Positions 18,144 through 26,858 are shown, counted from the first letter of the stretch. The stretch is DNA of 64,000 bases from Chloroflexota bacterium (GCA_048620455.1 JBMCFH010000002.1:513-64512); one strand, 5' to 3'. Notes: generated by a model not told the origin, from the letters alone. Numbers and translations: made by a program.

Positions 18144-18701
18144 ATGTTTAGACAACGTTCGCACACCCGTCACAGCATGGAGGCCGGCCAGGCATCGCCG
18201 TTTGCGATCCTCCTGGCAGCGCTGCTGGGCATTCTGGTGCTGGCCATTATCTGTACTGGCGGCGTCCTCTTTTTTCGCAACGGCGATCAGGTCGAAGTTA
18301 GCGGAACCAGCACGGCGATTGCCGAGGCTAACGCCACAACACTGGCGCAAAATGCCATGGTGACGCAAACGATTGCAGCTCTGGAAACAGAAGCAGCGCG
18401 CCCTACCAACACTCCCACCAACACACCGGTTCCTCCAACGGAGACGCCAACGGCAACAAACACGCCGGAACCGTCTCCGACGGCGGTGGTAGAGGCGCCG
18501 GAAGCGACGCCGACGCCGAATCTCTTCGGTACGAGCATTTTCGACAACACGCCGACACCCATTGCGGGCGCCGCGGATGATGGAACAGGCACCGGCGGTG
18601 ATACGTTGCCGGACACCGGTATTGGTCTGGGACCGGCCCTGGCTGCAGCACTGGGCCTTCTCTTCCTCCTGGTGGTTGCTCGTCGTCTCCGCACCGGATA
18701 G
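18144..18701 (+). CDS. Thr/Pro-rich surface protein with LPXTG-type sortase sorting signal
   Basis: AGGAGG (18133-18138) lies 5 nt upstream of ATG 18144. There is an N-terminal signal/anchor (FAILLAALLGILVLAIICTGGVLFF) and a PT-rich linker (PTNTPTNTPVPPTETPTATNTPEPSPT). The C-terminus is LPDTG (18606-18620) followed by a hydrophobic helix and RRLRTG. Confidence 0.75.
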   Translation: MFRQRSHTRHSMEAGQASPFAILLAALLGILVLAIICTGGVLFFRNGDQVEVSGTSTAIAEANATTLAQNAMVTQTIAALETEAARPTNTPTNTPVPPTETPTATNTPEPSPTAVVEAPEATPTPNLFGTSIFDNTPTPIAGAADDGTGTGGDTLPDTGIGLGPALAAALGLLFLLVVARRLRTG

Positions 18702-18917
18702 GGTGCAACTCCTGCGGGGCGCAGATATCCTTCCGTCACCTGCTGGCGGTCGATACTTCTGCCCCATCCCCCACCTGGTGGAGAGCCGTCGGGCCGCCTG
18801 ATCAAAGTTCAAGTGCGATCAGGAGTTCGCGCGTTCATCCTCTCCTGAGGGCGCGCCTCAATGGGCATACCTTCCATGGTATTCAGTCGTCGCCTGGCAC
18901 GCAACGACGAGATTGCA

Positions 18918-21248
18918 ATGAACAACACAGCCACTATCTTGTTAGTAGAAGATGACCCGTCCATCCTGGACGGTATGGCCGATCTGCTGCAGATCTCAGA
19001 TCTCGATTATGAGATAAATGTGCTCAAAGCGACGAACGGCGAAGAAGGGCTGCTCAGGATGGAAGATCAGGTGCCAGACCTGATTATTTCCGACATCATG
19101 ATGCCACGTCTGAATGGTTTTGAATTTCTGGCCCGAGTCCGCGAAAATCCCTCCTGGGTTCACATTCCATTTATCTTTTTAACGGCAAAGGGCAAGAGAC
19201 AGGACATCATGGAAGGCCGGCGCAGCGGCGCAGAACTGTATATCACGAAACCGTTCGTCAGCGCCGAGCTGTTGGAACTGGTAAAGAGCCAGCTTGATCG
19301 CACCTTCCAACTGCAGCAGGCTCGTCAACAGAAGCTCGGCGCTCTAAAACGCAACATTCTGCAACTGCTTAATCACGAGTTTCGCACGCCGCTCACCTAC
19401 GTCACCGCCTATTACGATATGTTGGCTGACAGTCTGCTGAGCGTTGAAGATAGCAACAATTTACAGGAATACTTGCGCGGCATTCAGGTCGGTTGTGTAC
19501 GCCTCACCAATCTGGTGCAGGACCTTGTTCGAGTGATGGATATCCGCACCGGAAAAGCCGCCGAGAAGTTTAAACAACAGGCGCGGATGCTCGACGACGT
19601 TGGTGGGCTCTTCCGCCAACGCGGCGAAGCCCATGAGCCTCGCGCCAGGCAGGCCGACGTCGCCGTTGAATACGACATCGCAACGAATCTGGCTCCCGTG
19701 TACGCCGATCCGGCGGGTCTGGCCGATGCCATCGATCGCCTGATTGACAACGCCATCAAATTTACGAAAGCACGACGCGACGGCCCGCAGCGGGTGAGGC
19801 TGTCGGCCAAAATGTACAACGAACAGGTCGTATTATCCGTAGAGGATACTGGAGTGGGCTTTCCCGCTCACGTACAACGACAGCTATTTGACCTGTTTTT
19901 TCAATATAATCGCGAGCGGCTGGAACAACAGGGATCAGGATCCGGCCTGGCCATCGCCAAAGGATTGGTAGCGTTGCATCACGGTCACATTGAGGTGGAA
20001 AGCACAGAAAACAGCGGCAGCCGCTTCAGTATCGTGCTCCCACCCTATCAACAGGCCATCAATCTCGACACCCTGTCGGCCCGACCATCCCGGCAGGCGA
20101 CGGTCCTTATCGTAGAGGATGATCGGCACTTGCTGGAGGGCTTGCGCGAGCTAATGGAAATGGCCGACACACCCTATCAGCTCAAGGTGCTGACTGCGAC
20201 CAACGGTGAGGAAGGACTGGCCGTTTTGGAGCAGCATCAGGCCGATCTGATTATCTCAGACGTGATGATGCCCATGATGGGCGGTTACGAATTTTTGCAG
20301 CGCGTACGCTCTAACTCGGCGTGGTTACAGATCCCTTTCATCTTTCTCACCGCTAAGGGCGAGCGCGAAGATATTCATCGTGGGCGGCGCAGCGGCGCAG
20401 AGGAGTACATCACCAAGCCGTACGACATTGACGAGCTGATGCAATTGACCATCACACAGCTCGACCGCTACTTCCAGCGTCAGGGAGCGATGACACAGAG
20501 CTTCGAGGCGCTGAAGCGTAGCATCCTTGGCATGTTGCAGCCGGACTTCAGAGGCCCTCTTGATTTGGTCACCACCTACTCGGAAAAGCTTTCAACCGAC
20601 CTGGAACAAGTCGAAACCGACGAAGATCTGGCTACGTCACTGGAAGGGATTCAGGACAGCAGCGCTCGACTGACACGCCTCGTGGAAGACTTCATCGCCA
20701 TGGCCGAGTTTAAGACTGGCGAAGCTGAGTCGGCCTTTCGTTTGCGCGCAGCGCCCGTCAAAAACATCAGCATGGTGCTCTACGAAGCAGCGTACGGCGT
20801 TCAATTTGATGCGGAACAAAAAGGGATCGAGTTTCGCTATGATCTGAATCACGATCTACCGGCTGTTGTCTGTGATCGGGAGCGTTTGCTAAACGCACTG
20901 GAACGACTGCTGACCTTTGTTCTCAGCAATTGCGAACCTGATGGTAACACGATTATCCATTTGGCGAGCAGAGGGGCAGATAAGTTCGTCGACCTCCAGA
21001 TTCAGGTATTTAACACACGCTTTCCTCCCGACCGTGCGCAACGAATTGCCCAGTTCTTTGCAGGCGACGATGAGACAATGCTGGATCTTCCAGGAGCGGG
21101 CCCCGGACTGACCGTCATCAAGAATACCGTCGCCCTTCACAACGGAAAGATCCGCTTGCAACAACACAGCGGCGATCAGATAACGGTGAGGCTTCTTTTT
21201 CCCGCGCATCACCCGCAGGCGGTCAAGCAGAGCACGCAGCCAGGCTGA
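18918..21248 (+). CDS. hybrid sensor protein with duplicated architecture REC-HisKA-HATPase-REC-(degenerate HisKA-HATPase)
   Basis: REC1 reads ILLVEDD...LIISDIMMP...FLTAKG. H-box 1 is LNHEFRTPL (His codon at 19374), with N box DNAIKF, G1 EDTGVGF and G2 GSGSGLAIAK. REC2 reads VLIVEDD...LIISDVMMP...FLTAKG. In the second kinase-like module the H-box reads LQPDFRGPL (Pro codon at 20541) and G1 is lost (VFNTRF). The track ORF starts at 18861; ATG 18918 (MNNTATILLVEDD) is the likelier start. Confidence 0.85.
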   Translation: MNNTATILLVEDDPSILDGMADLLQISDLDYEINVLKATNGEEGLLRMEDQVPDLIISDIMMPRLNGFEFLARVRENPSWVHIPFIFLTAKGKRQDIMEGRRSGAELYITKPFVSAELLELVKSQLDRTFQLQQARQQKLGALKRNILQLLNHEFRTPLTYVTAYYDMLADSLLSVEDSNNLQEYLRGIQVGCVRLTNLVQDLVRVMDIRTGKAAEKFKQQARMLDDVGGLFRQRGEAHEPRARQADVAVEYDIATNLAPVYADPAGLADAIDRLIDNAIKFTKARRDGPQRVRLSAKMYNEQVVLSVEDTGVGFPAHVQRQLFDLFFQYNRERLEQQGSGSGLAIAKGLVALHHGHIEVESTENSGSRFSIVLPPYQQAINLDTLSARPSRQATVLIVEDDRHLLEGLRELMEMADTPYQLKVLTATNGEEGLAVLEQHQADLIISDVMMPMMGGYEFLQRVRSNSAWLQIPFIFLTAKGEREDIHRGRRSGAEEYITKPYDIDELMQLTITQLDRYFQRQGAMTQSFEALKRSILGMLQPDFRGPLDLVTTYSEKLSTDLEQVETDEDLATSLEGIQDSSARLTRLVEDFIAMAEFKTGEAESAFRLRAAPVKNISMVLYEAAYGVQFDAEQKGIEFRYDLNHDLPAVVCDRERLLNALERLLTFVLSNCEPDGNTIIHLASRGADKFVDLQIQVFNTRFPPDRAQRIAQFFAGDDETMLDLPGAGPGLTVIKNTVALHNGKIRLQQHSGDQITVRLLFPAHHPQAVKQSTQPG

Positions 21249-21317
21249 GTCACAACGCCGGTCGCAACCGGCACAATCAAGCCAGTATAACCCAATGGAA
21301 AGGAGAGAATAGAAACG

Positions 21318-22052
21318 ATGGCAACCCTGTTAGAAAAAGCTCAGACACTCATTTCGGCCAATCTTCACGCCATGGTGGACAAGGCGCTGGAAGCAAACTC
21401 CGTGGCAGTACTGAAGCAGTACATTCGCGATGCGGAGCAAAACCTGACGGAGCTGGAGCAGGCCGCGGCTACCGTGGGAGGAGAAGTAAAGACTCTCGAA
21501 CGTCGCTACAAGGAATACAAGAACAAAGCCGACCAGCTCGATAGAAACATCGACACACTGCTCATGCAGGGCAAGACAGAACTGGCCCGAGCCGCCCAAA
21601 ATGAGTTGAATAGCACCAGGCGACTCCAGGAGCAGTATCACGAGCAGTGGGTGCGCCAGCAGCGCGAGTACGACGCCCTGCTCAACGCGCGCCTGAAGTT
21701 GCAGGCCAAACTGACCACTATCCGCCAGGAGCAGAAAGAGCTTGAAGCATTGCTGGAGCTCGCCAAGTCGAAGGAAGCAACGGTGCGCGCGATCAAGAGC
21801 CTGGACGATCTGATGGGTGTCGGCGACAGCGACATTGCTCGCCTGGGCGAATCGATCCGTGGTCGCCTGGACCGGGCAACAGCGTACGGCGAAATGTACG
21901 CGGACCGTCTCGATAATCAGATGGACGAGGCTCTGGGCAAAGCAGAAATCGACTTGCAACTGGAGGAGCGCAAGCGCCGTCTCGGGCTGGAAGAGGCGCA
22001 GGCTGCTGAGGACACTGCAGAGGAAACAGGAGCCGAGACGCTGAGTGAGTGA
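21318..22052 (+). CDS. pspA: PspA/IM30 (Vipp1) family protein
   Basis: The N-terminus LLEKAQTLISANLHAMVDKALEANSVAVLKQYIRDAEQNLTELEQAAATV is typical of PspA/IM30. The rest is a continuous coiled coil of about 240 aa. AAGGAGAG lies upstream. Confidence 0.85.
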   Translation: MATLLEKAQTLISANLHAMVDKALEANSVAVLKQYIRDAEQNLTELEQAAATVGGEVKTLERRYKEYKNKADQLDRNIDTLLMQGKTELARAAQNELNSTRRLQEQYHEQWVRQQREYDALLNARLKLQAKLTTIRQEQKELEALLELAKSKEATVRAIKSLDDLMGVGDSDIARLGESIRGRLDRATAYGEMYADRLDNQMDEALGKAEIDLQLEERKRRLGLEEAQAAEDTAEETGAETLSE

Positions 22053-22098
22053 GCGCTGCGGCATGCGCGCCACCCGGTTTCCATCAGGCTAACGAACA

Positions 22099-22932
22099 AT
22101 GACCGTCAACAAGCGTACCAGCCTGGAACAGCGAGCACAGCGGGCTATCCTGCAGTATGCCTTCTTTCGGCCTGAAAGCGCTGTGCTATTGGCGCTGACT
22201 ATCCTTGTAGCCTTCTTCGCCCCACAGTACGTCGAGCTGATCCCGTGGTGGGGCTGGTTGTTGGGCGGCCTGGTTGGAGAAGCGGCGCTGGTCTACAGCA
22301 GCCTGACCGATCCGGAGGCACACCGTCGCGTCGTCGCCGATATGCTCCAGGATGAGTTTCATCCCGAACGACTGCAGGACAACTGGCTGAGGGAACAGGT
22401 GCGCAGCGCCTTCGATTATCGGAGCCGGATCACGGCAGCCATTCGCGAGCGCCGCGACAGTGTATTGAAGGATCACCTGGCCGATACAGCAGGTCAGCTC
22501 GACGAATGGCTGGAAGAAGTGTATGGGCTGGCGCAACGGCTCGATCGCTACTTGATGGAGCGCGACCTGCACCGCAGTAATCGAGAACACGCCACCGCCC
22601 GCTTGCGCGAGTTGCGGGAGCAATTGCAGCATACTGATGCTCAGGCTGTGCGGCGGGACATTGAGTACAACATTGAGAGCCTCCAGGGGCAACTGGATGC
22701 GATTGACCAGCTGGAGGATGCCATGCAACGAGCTCGTCTTCGCCTAGAGAACACTCTGACCGCTATGGGTACTATCTACACCCAGACCATGCTGGTAGGC
22801 GCCAAGGATATTGACAGCGGTCGCGCGCGGCGCCTGCGACAGGAGATTACCGACGAGGTAGATGAGCTGAGTGACGTGCTGGCGGCTATGGACGAAGTAT
22901 ACGCAGCCGATAACCAGCGCCAGTTCACCTGA
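22099..22932 (+). CDS. hypothetical membrane-anchored coiled-coil protein (possible PspA partner)
   Basis: Two N-terminal TM helices (SAVLLALTILVAFFAP; WWGWLLGGLVGEAALVY) precede about 200 aa of helical, heptad-like sequence. The gene lies 46 nt downstream of pspA on the same strand. Confidence 0.55.
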   Translation: MTVNKRTSLEQRAQRAILQYAFFRPESAVLLALTILVAFFAPQYVELIPWWGWLLGGLVGEAALVYSSLTDPEAHRRVVADMLQDEFHPERLQDNWLREQVRSAFDYRSRITAAIRERRDSVLKDHLADTAGQLDEWLEEVYGLAQRLDRYLMERDLHRSNREHATARLRELREQLQHTDAQAVRRDIEYNIESLQGQLDAIDQLEDAMQRARLRLENTLTAMGTIYTQTMLVGAKDIDSGRARRLRQEITDEVDELSDVLAAMDEVYAADNQRQFT

Positions 22933-23152
22933 GCACCCCTTTCTGTATAGAGCCTTAGAAAAACCGTTGAATGCCTTTTCCCTTGGGCTAAAGACTCCCG
23001 TACGTTTGCCTAAATGCAGCGCCTCTGGTACCATCTTCGACTGCAGTCATTGAGGATTGTGCAATATTCGGTTGCCATGCAGCCAACTATCCGGCAAACG
23101 AGAGTAACGTTTGAACGGACGCCAAAATTGCCGAACGGAGATTAGATCATCT

Positions 23153-23788
23153 ATGAAAGTACTACTTAATGAAGACGTTGATAACCTCGGCTACGCGGGT
23201 GAGGTTCACGATGTTGCTGACGGCTATGGCCGTAACTACCTCTTGCCTCGCGGCCTCGCCGTATTAGCCACACCCGGCGTTTTGAAACAGGCTGCCGCCT
23301 GGCGCGCCAAGGCTGAGGCGCGACGGGCCGAACGACGCGCGTTGCATGAAGAGCTCACCGAAAAGATCAACGAAACGCACCTGGTGTTCCGCGCCAAAGC
23401 AGGTGAGTCGGGCCGTCTCTATGGCTCCGTGACTATGATAGACGTGGCCGACCGTCTCAACGAAGAGCTTGGGACAGAAATTGACCGCCGCAAGTTTGAC
23501 AGCGATTCACTACGAGAGCTTGGCGAGCATCGCGTTACCATTCACCTGGATCGCGACTTCCACCCGCAGTTGCTTGTATATGTCCACCCCGAAGACGCAG
23601 AAACAGAAGAAGCTGACGAACAGGCGCAGACGGGCGAGGACGAAGTCGATGGCGAAACTGAAACGCCAGTTGCAGAGGAATCTATCGAAGCGGAAGCAGC
23701 TGAGACAGAAGCAGTTGTAGCAGAAGCCGAGGTTGAAGCGGACGCAGAGGCGGAGGCCGAAGAAGAAGCTCTTGAAGACGAGGCCTAA
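23153..23788 (+). CDS. rplI: 50S ribosomal protein L9 with ~65-aa acidic C-terminal extension
   Basis: MKVLLNEDVDNLGYAGEVHDVADGYGRNYLLPRGLAV is the canonical L9 N-domain. The start is taken at ATG 23153; the track ORF begins at an upstream TTG. The C-terminal tail is EDAETEEADEQAQTGEDEVDGETE...EAEAEEEALEDEA. Confidence 0.9.
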   Translation: MKVLLNEDVDNLGYAGEVHDVADGYGRNYLLPRGLAVLATPGVLKQAAAWRAKAEARRAERRALHEELTEKINETHLVFRAKAGESGRLYGSVTMIDVADRLNEELGTEIDRRKFDSDSLRELGEHRVTIHLDRDFHPQLLVYVHPEDAETEEADEQAQTGEDEVDGETETPVAEESIEAEAAETEAVVAEAEVEADAEAEAEEEALEDEA

Positions 23789-23835
23789 AGCAGGCACATC
23801 TGTACCGCACGATTAATGCGGACCGCGCCTCGTTT

Positions 23836-23862
23836 AGCCACTGGTCTGCCAGTGGCTTTTTT
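23836..23862 (+). terminator. rho-independent terminator after rplI
   Basis: Stem AGCCACTGG (23836-23844) pairs with CCAGTGGCT (23849-23857) across a 4-nt loop, followed by TTTTTT. Confidence 0.7.
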
Positions 23863-23891
23863 AAAGAGGTAACTATCGCGAGTAAAAGCTT

Positions 23892-24818
23892 TTGTCAGTA
23901 GAAATGGACGAACTGGGAATAATCTTGCGCGACGCGCGCGAGATGAAAGGCCTGACGTTGGTCGAGGTACAGGAACAGACGCGAATTAGCGCCCGGTATC
24001 TCGAAGCCATGGAGTCAGGTGAATATCATTTACTGCCCACACCGGTCCACGTTCGTGGCTTCTTGCGCAACTATGCTCGCTTTCTCGATCTCGACCCAGA
24101 GCCATTGGTGGAACGTTACGAGGCGAACGAGAGCACCCGCTCGCGGGTGACGGCCTCCCCCTCAACAGAAAATGGGGATGGGCTCACTACGAGGAACGAT
24201 CAGCCCTTCTTCAATCCTGTTAACGTCGACCTGGAAGGGAATGCTGATGGCGCTGAATCGCGGGTGCGTCTGGTGATTATTGTCGCGCTCTTGATCACCA
24301 TCGGGCTCGCCGCCAGCCGCTTCTTGCCCGGGATCACGGGTAACGGGGACGGGGGCGAGAACCTTCCGGCAATGATCGAATCTCTGATGAGCCAGGAGGC
24401 TGAACCTGCCGCCGATGTCGCCCCTGACGGTACGACAACGCCCGAGGCCACAGAAACTGTTGAGGTCACCATCATTCCCAGCGAGCGCAACGATCCTATC
24501 GGCGCGGCGACGGATGAAGCCGCAGGTCCTGTGCCCACGCAACCTCCCCTCCCCGCCACTATGGACCGCATTAATCTGCGTCTCGACATTACGGAGCGGA
24601 CGTGGGTGCGCGTCACCATAGACGGCGAAGTGGTTCTGGAAGACCAGGTAACCCGCGAAGACGGGCCATTTGAGTGGGAAGCCGAACAGGAAGCACACCT
24701 ACGCACGGGTAATGCCGCCGGCGTCTTCATCAACATTAACGACGTCGACATTGGCAAGCTCGGCGGGCGCGGTGAAGTGGCGGAGCAAACCTGGACCACG
24801 ACCACGACCGGAAATTAG
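23892..24818 (+). CDS. RodZ-like cytoskeleton-associated protein (HTH + TM + DUF4115-like C-terminus)
   Basis: The HTH is LRDAREMKGLTLVEVQEQTRISARYLEAMESGEYHLLPTPVHVRGFLRNYARFLDLD, and there is a central TM (VRLVIIVALLITIGLAA). The C-terminal beta domain reads INLRLDITERTWVRVTIDGEVV...LRTGNAAGVFININD. The start could be TTG 23892 or ATG 23904. Confidence 0.8.
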   Translation: MSVEMDELGIILRDAREMKGLTLVEVQEQTRISARYLEAMESGEYHLLPTPVHVRGFLRNYARFLDLDPEPLVERYEANESTRSRVTASPSTENGDGLTTRNDQPFFNPVNVDLEGNADGAESRVRLVIIVALLITIGLAASRFLPGITGNGDGGENLPAMIESLMSQEAEPAADVAPDGTTTPEATETVEVTIIPSERNDPIGAATDEAAGPVPTQPPLPATMDRINLRLDITERTWVRVTIDGEVVLEDQVTREDGPFEWEAEQEAHLRTGNAAGVFININDVDIGKLGGRGEVAEQTWTTTTTGN

Positions 24819-24819
24819 A

Positions 24820-24843
24820 GCCTGAGCGATCCCTCAGGTTTTC
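24820..24843 (+). terminator. weak hairpin + T-run after the RodZ-like gene
   Basis: (G)CCTGAG (24820-24826) pairs with CTCAGG(T) (24833-24839) across a 6-nt loop, followed by TTTT. The stem is short. Confidence 0.3.
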
Positions 24844-24904
24844 GCTGCGATGGTCAGAGTCGAGGGCGCCGTCCTTCCGCTCTGAGCGTTCGACTCCCGA
24901 ATCT

Positions 24905-26299
24905 ATGAGTAAACATAAGACGAAGAAGCAATTTTACCTGCTCAGCCTGGGTTGCAGCAAGAACACGGTCGATTCTGAGAGCATGGCCGCCCTCCTCGAC
25001 CGGGCAGGATATGGCAGCACCTCCGACGCTGACGAAGCCGGAGTGCTCATCGTCAATACCTGTGGCTTTATTCAGGCTGCAAAAGAAGAGTCGATTGACG
25101 CCCTACGCCAGCTTGCTGCTGACAAACGGCCCGATCAGTTGCTCATTGCCGCCGGCTGCCTCTCCCAGCGATACGGTCCAATGCTGGTGCAGGAGGTGCC
25201 GCAAATTGACGGCGTCATCGGCACCCGTCGCTGGATGGATATCGTTCCTTTCATTCGCAAGTTGCGCCGTCGCAGACACCCGGAACCGATGTATCATCTG
25301 CCGGACGAGGCACAGACGGTAGGCAAGGATGAGCGTAACGTGTTGCGCGTGGCGCCACAGGGCGGGAGTGCTTACATTAAGATCGCCGACGGCTGCCGGC
25401 GTCCCTGCGCATTTTGTACCATTCCCGAAATCAAGGGCACGCTGGTCAGCCGACCCAGGGCCTCCATCGTCGAGGAAGCGGTCGCGTTACAGGAGGCCGG
25501 CTTTCGCGAAGCGATTCTCATCGCCCAGGATACGACCGACTACGGACACGATCTGGGGCTCAAGAACGGCCTGAGCAAACTCCTGGAGCAAATAGTGCAG
25601 GCTGCTCCTGATTTAGATTGGATCCGCATCATGTATGCCTATCCTGGTTACGTCACCGACGAACTGGTGGAGACGATGGCGCGCCACGAGCAGATTCTTC
25701 CTTATCTGGACATTCCCTTGCAACATGGCCATCGTGAAACGTTGAAGCGGATGCGCCGCCCGGCGAATATAGAGTGGGTTTACCGCACCGTGGAAAAGCT
25801 GCGCCAGGCGATGCCCGATCTGGCCATTCGTACCACCTTCATCGTTGGTTACCCAGGTGAAACGGACGAGGAATTCGAAGCGCTAAAGCAGTTTGTGCGC
25901 GATCTTCGTTTTGATCGCGTTGGCGTCTTCACCTACTCTTACGAAGCGTCAACGCCATCGGCCACAGTCGCCAAACAGGTACCGGATGAAATCAAAGAGG
26001 CCCGCCGGGACGAACTGATGGCCCTGCAGCAGCAAATTTCGCTGGAAAAGAACCAGGAACAGGTGGGCCGCACCCTGCCGGTGTTGGTAGAAGGGTTTGG
26101 CGACGGCGTAAGCGTGGGACGCAGTTACCGTGACGCTCCCGAAATTGACGGCATGGTCTTCGTGCCGGGCGAACTGCCCGTGGGCGAGATCGTGCCGGTG
26201 ACGATTGACGGCGCCATGGTATACGATCTGACCGGACAACCTGCCGGCTATACGGCCGGTGAGGCGACCATATCGCTGAATCAGACCATCACCACCTGA
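24905..26299 (+). CDS. rimO: ribosomal protein S12 methylthiotransferase RimO
   Basis: The N-terminal UPF0004 domain reads FYLLSLGCSKNTVDSESM. The radical-SAM cluster is CRRPCAFC, and a C-terminal TRAM-like domain is present (VGRTLPVLVEG...GEIVPVTIDGA). Confidence 0.85.
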   Translation: MSKHKTKKQFYLLSLGCSKNTVDSESMAALLDRAGYGSTSDADEAGVLIVNTCGFIQAAKEESIDALRQLAADKRPDQLLIAAGCLSQRYGPMLVQEVPQIDGVIGTRRWMDIVPFIRKLRRRRHPEPMYHLPDEAQTVGKDERNVLRVAPQGGSAYIKIADGCRRPCAFCTIPEIKGTLVSRPRASIVEEAVALQEAGFREAILIAQDTTDYGHDLGLKNGLSKLLEQIVQAAPDLDWIRIMYAYPGYVTDELVETMARHEQILPYLDIPLQHGHRETLKRMRRPANIEWVYRTVEKLRQAMPDLAIRTTFIVGYPGETDEEFEALKQFVRDLRFDRVGVFTYSYEASTPSATVAKQVPDEIKEARRDELMALQQQISLEKNQEQVGRTLPVLVEGFGDGVSVGRSYRDAPEIDGMVFVPGELPVGEIVPVTIDGAMVYDLTGQPAGYTAGEATISLNQTITT

Positions 26300-26311
26300 C
26301 AGTAAACCCAT

Positions 26312-26857
26312 ATGCCCCAGTCACGCTTTACGTGGACGCTACTACTCATCGGTTCTTTCCTCCTCGGTGTGGCCTGGATTATGGAATCGCGGGAGGAGCC
26401 AACGACAGCCGAGGCTGCATCGTCGGTCATGGAGGCTCCGGCCGCCGGTCACCTTGCCCCAGATTTCACCCTGGAGACGCTCAACGGCGATTCCTTCACC
26501 CTCTCTGACTACCGCGGGCAGCCGGTGGTGCTCAACTTCTGGGCCACGTGGTGCCCGCCCTGCCGTGCTGAGATCCCCTTCTTCCAGGCCGCCAGCCGCA
26601 CGTACAATGGACAGGTTGCCGTAGTAGGCATCGATGACGGCGAGCCGCGAGGAATTGTAGCGCCATACGTGGCCGAGATGGGTATGACCTATCCGGTTCC
26701 ATTGGATGAAACCAGCGAAGTCAGCCGCCGCTACCGCATCAGTTCCCTGCCCACCACCTTCTTTATCGACAGTGCAGGCACCATTCAGAACATTCACATT
26801 GGCATCCTGAATCAGGCAGTCCTCGACGACCAGATTTCACAGTTGCTCGACTCATAA
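26312..26857 (+). CDS. TlpA/ResA-like membrane-anchored thiol-disulfide oxidoreductase
   Basis: There is an N-terminal anchor (WTLLLIGSFLLGVAW) and a thioredoxin-fold active site, NFWATWCPPCRAEIP. Confidence 0.85.
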   Translation: MPQSRFTWTLLLIGSFLLGVAWIMESREEPTTAEAASSVMEAPAAGHLAPDFTLETLNGDSFTLSDYRGQPVVLNFWATWCPPCRAEIPFFQAASRTYNGQVAVVGIDDGEPRGIVAPYVAEMGMTYPVPLDETSEVSRRYRISSLPTTFFIDSAGTIQNIHIGILNQAVLDDQISQLLDS

Positions 26858-26858
26858 G

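Noticed and set aside
21330-22073. 247-aa minus-strand ORF mirroring pspA
   Set aside because: The PspA/IM30 signature is on the plus strand. A long antisense ORF is expected from a coiled-coil gene with periodic codon usage.
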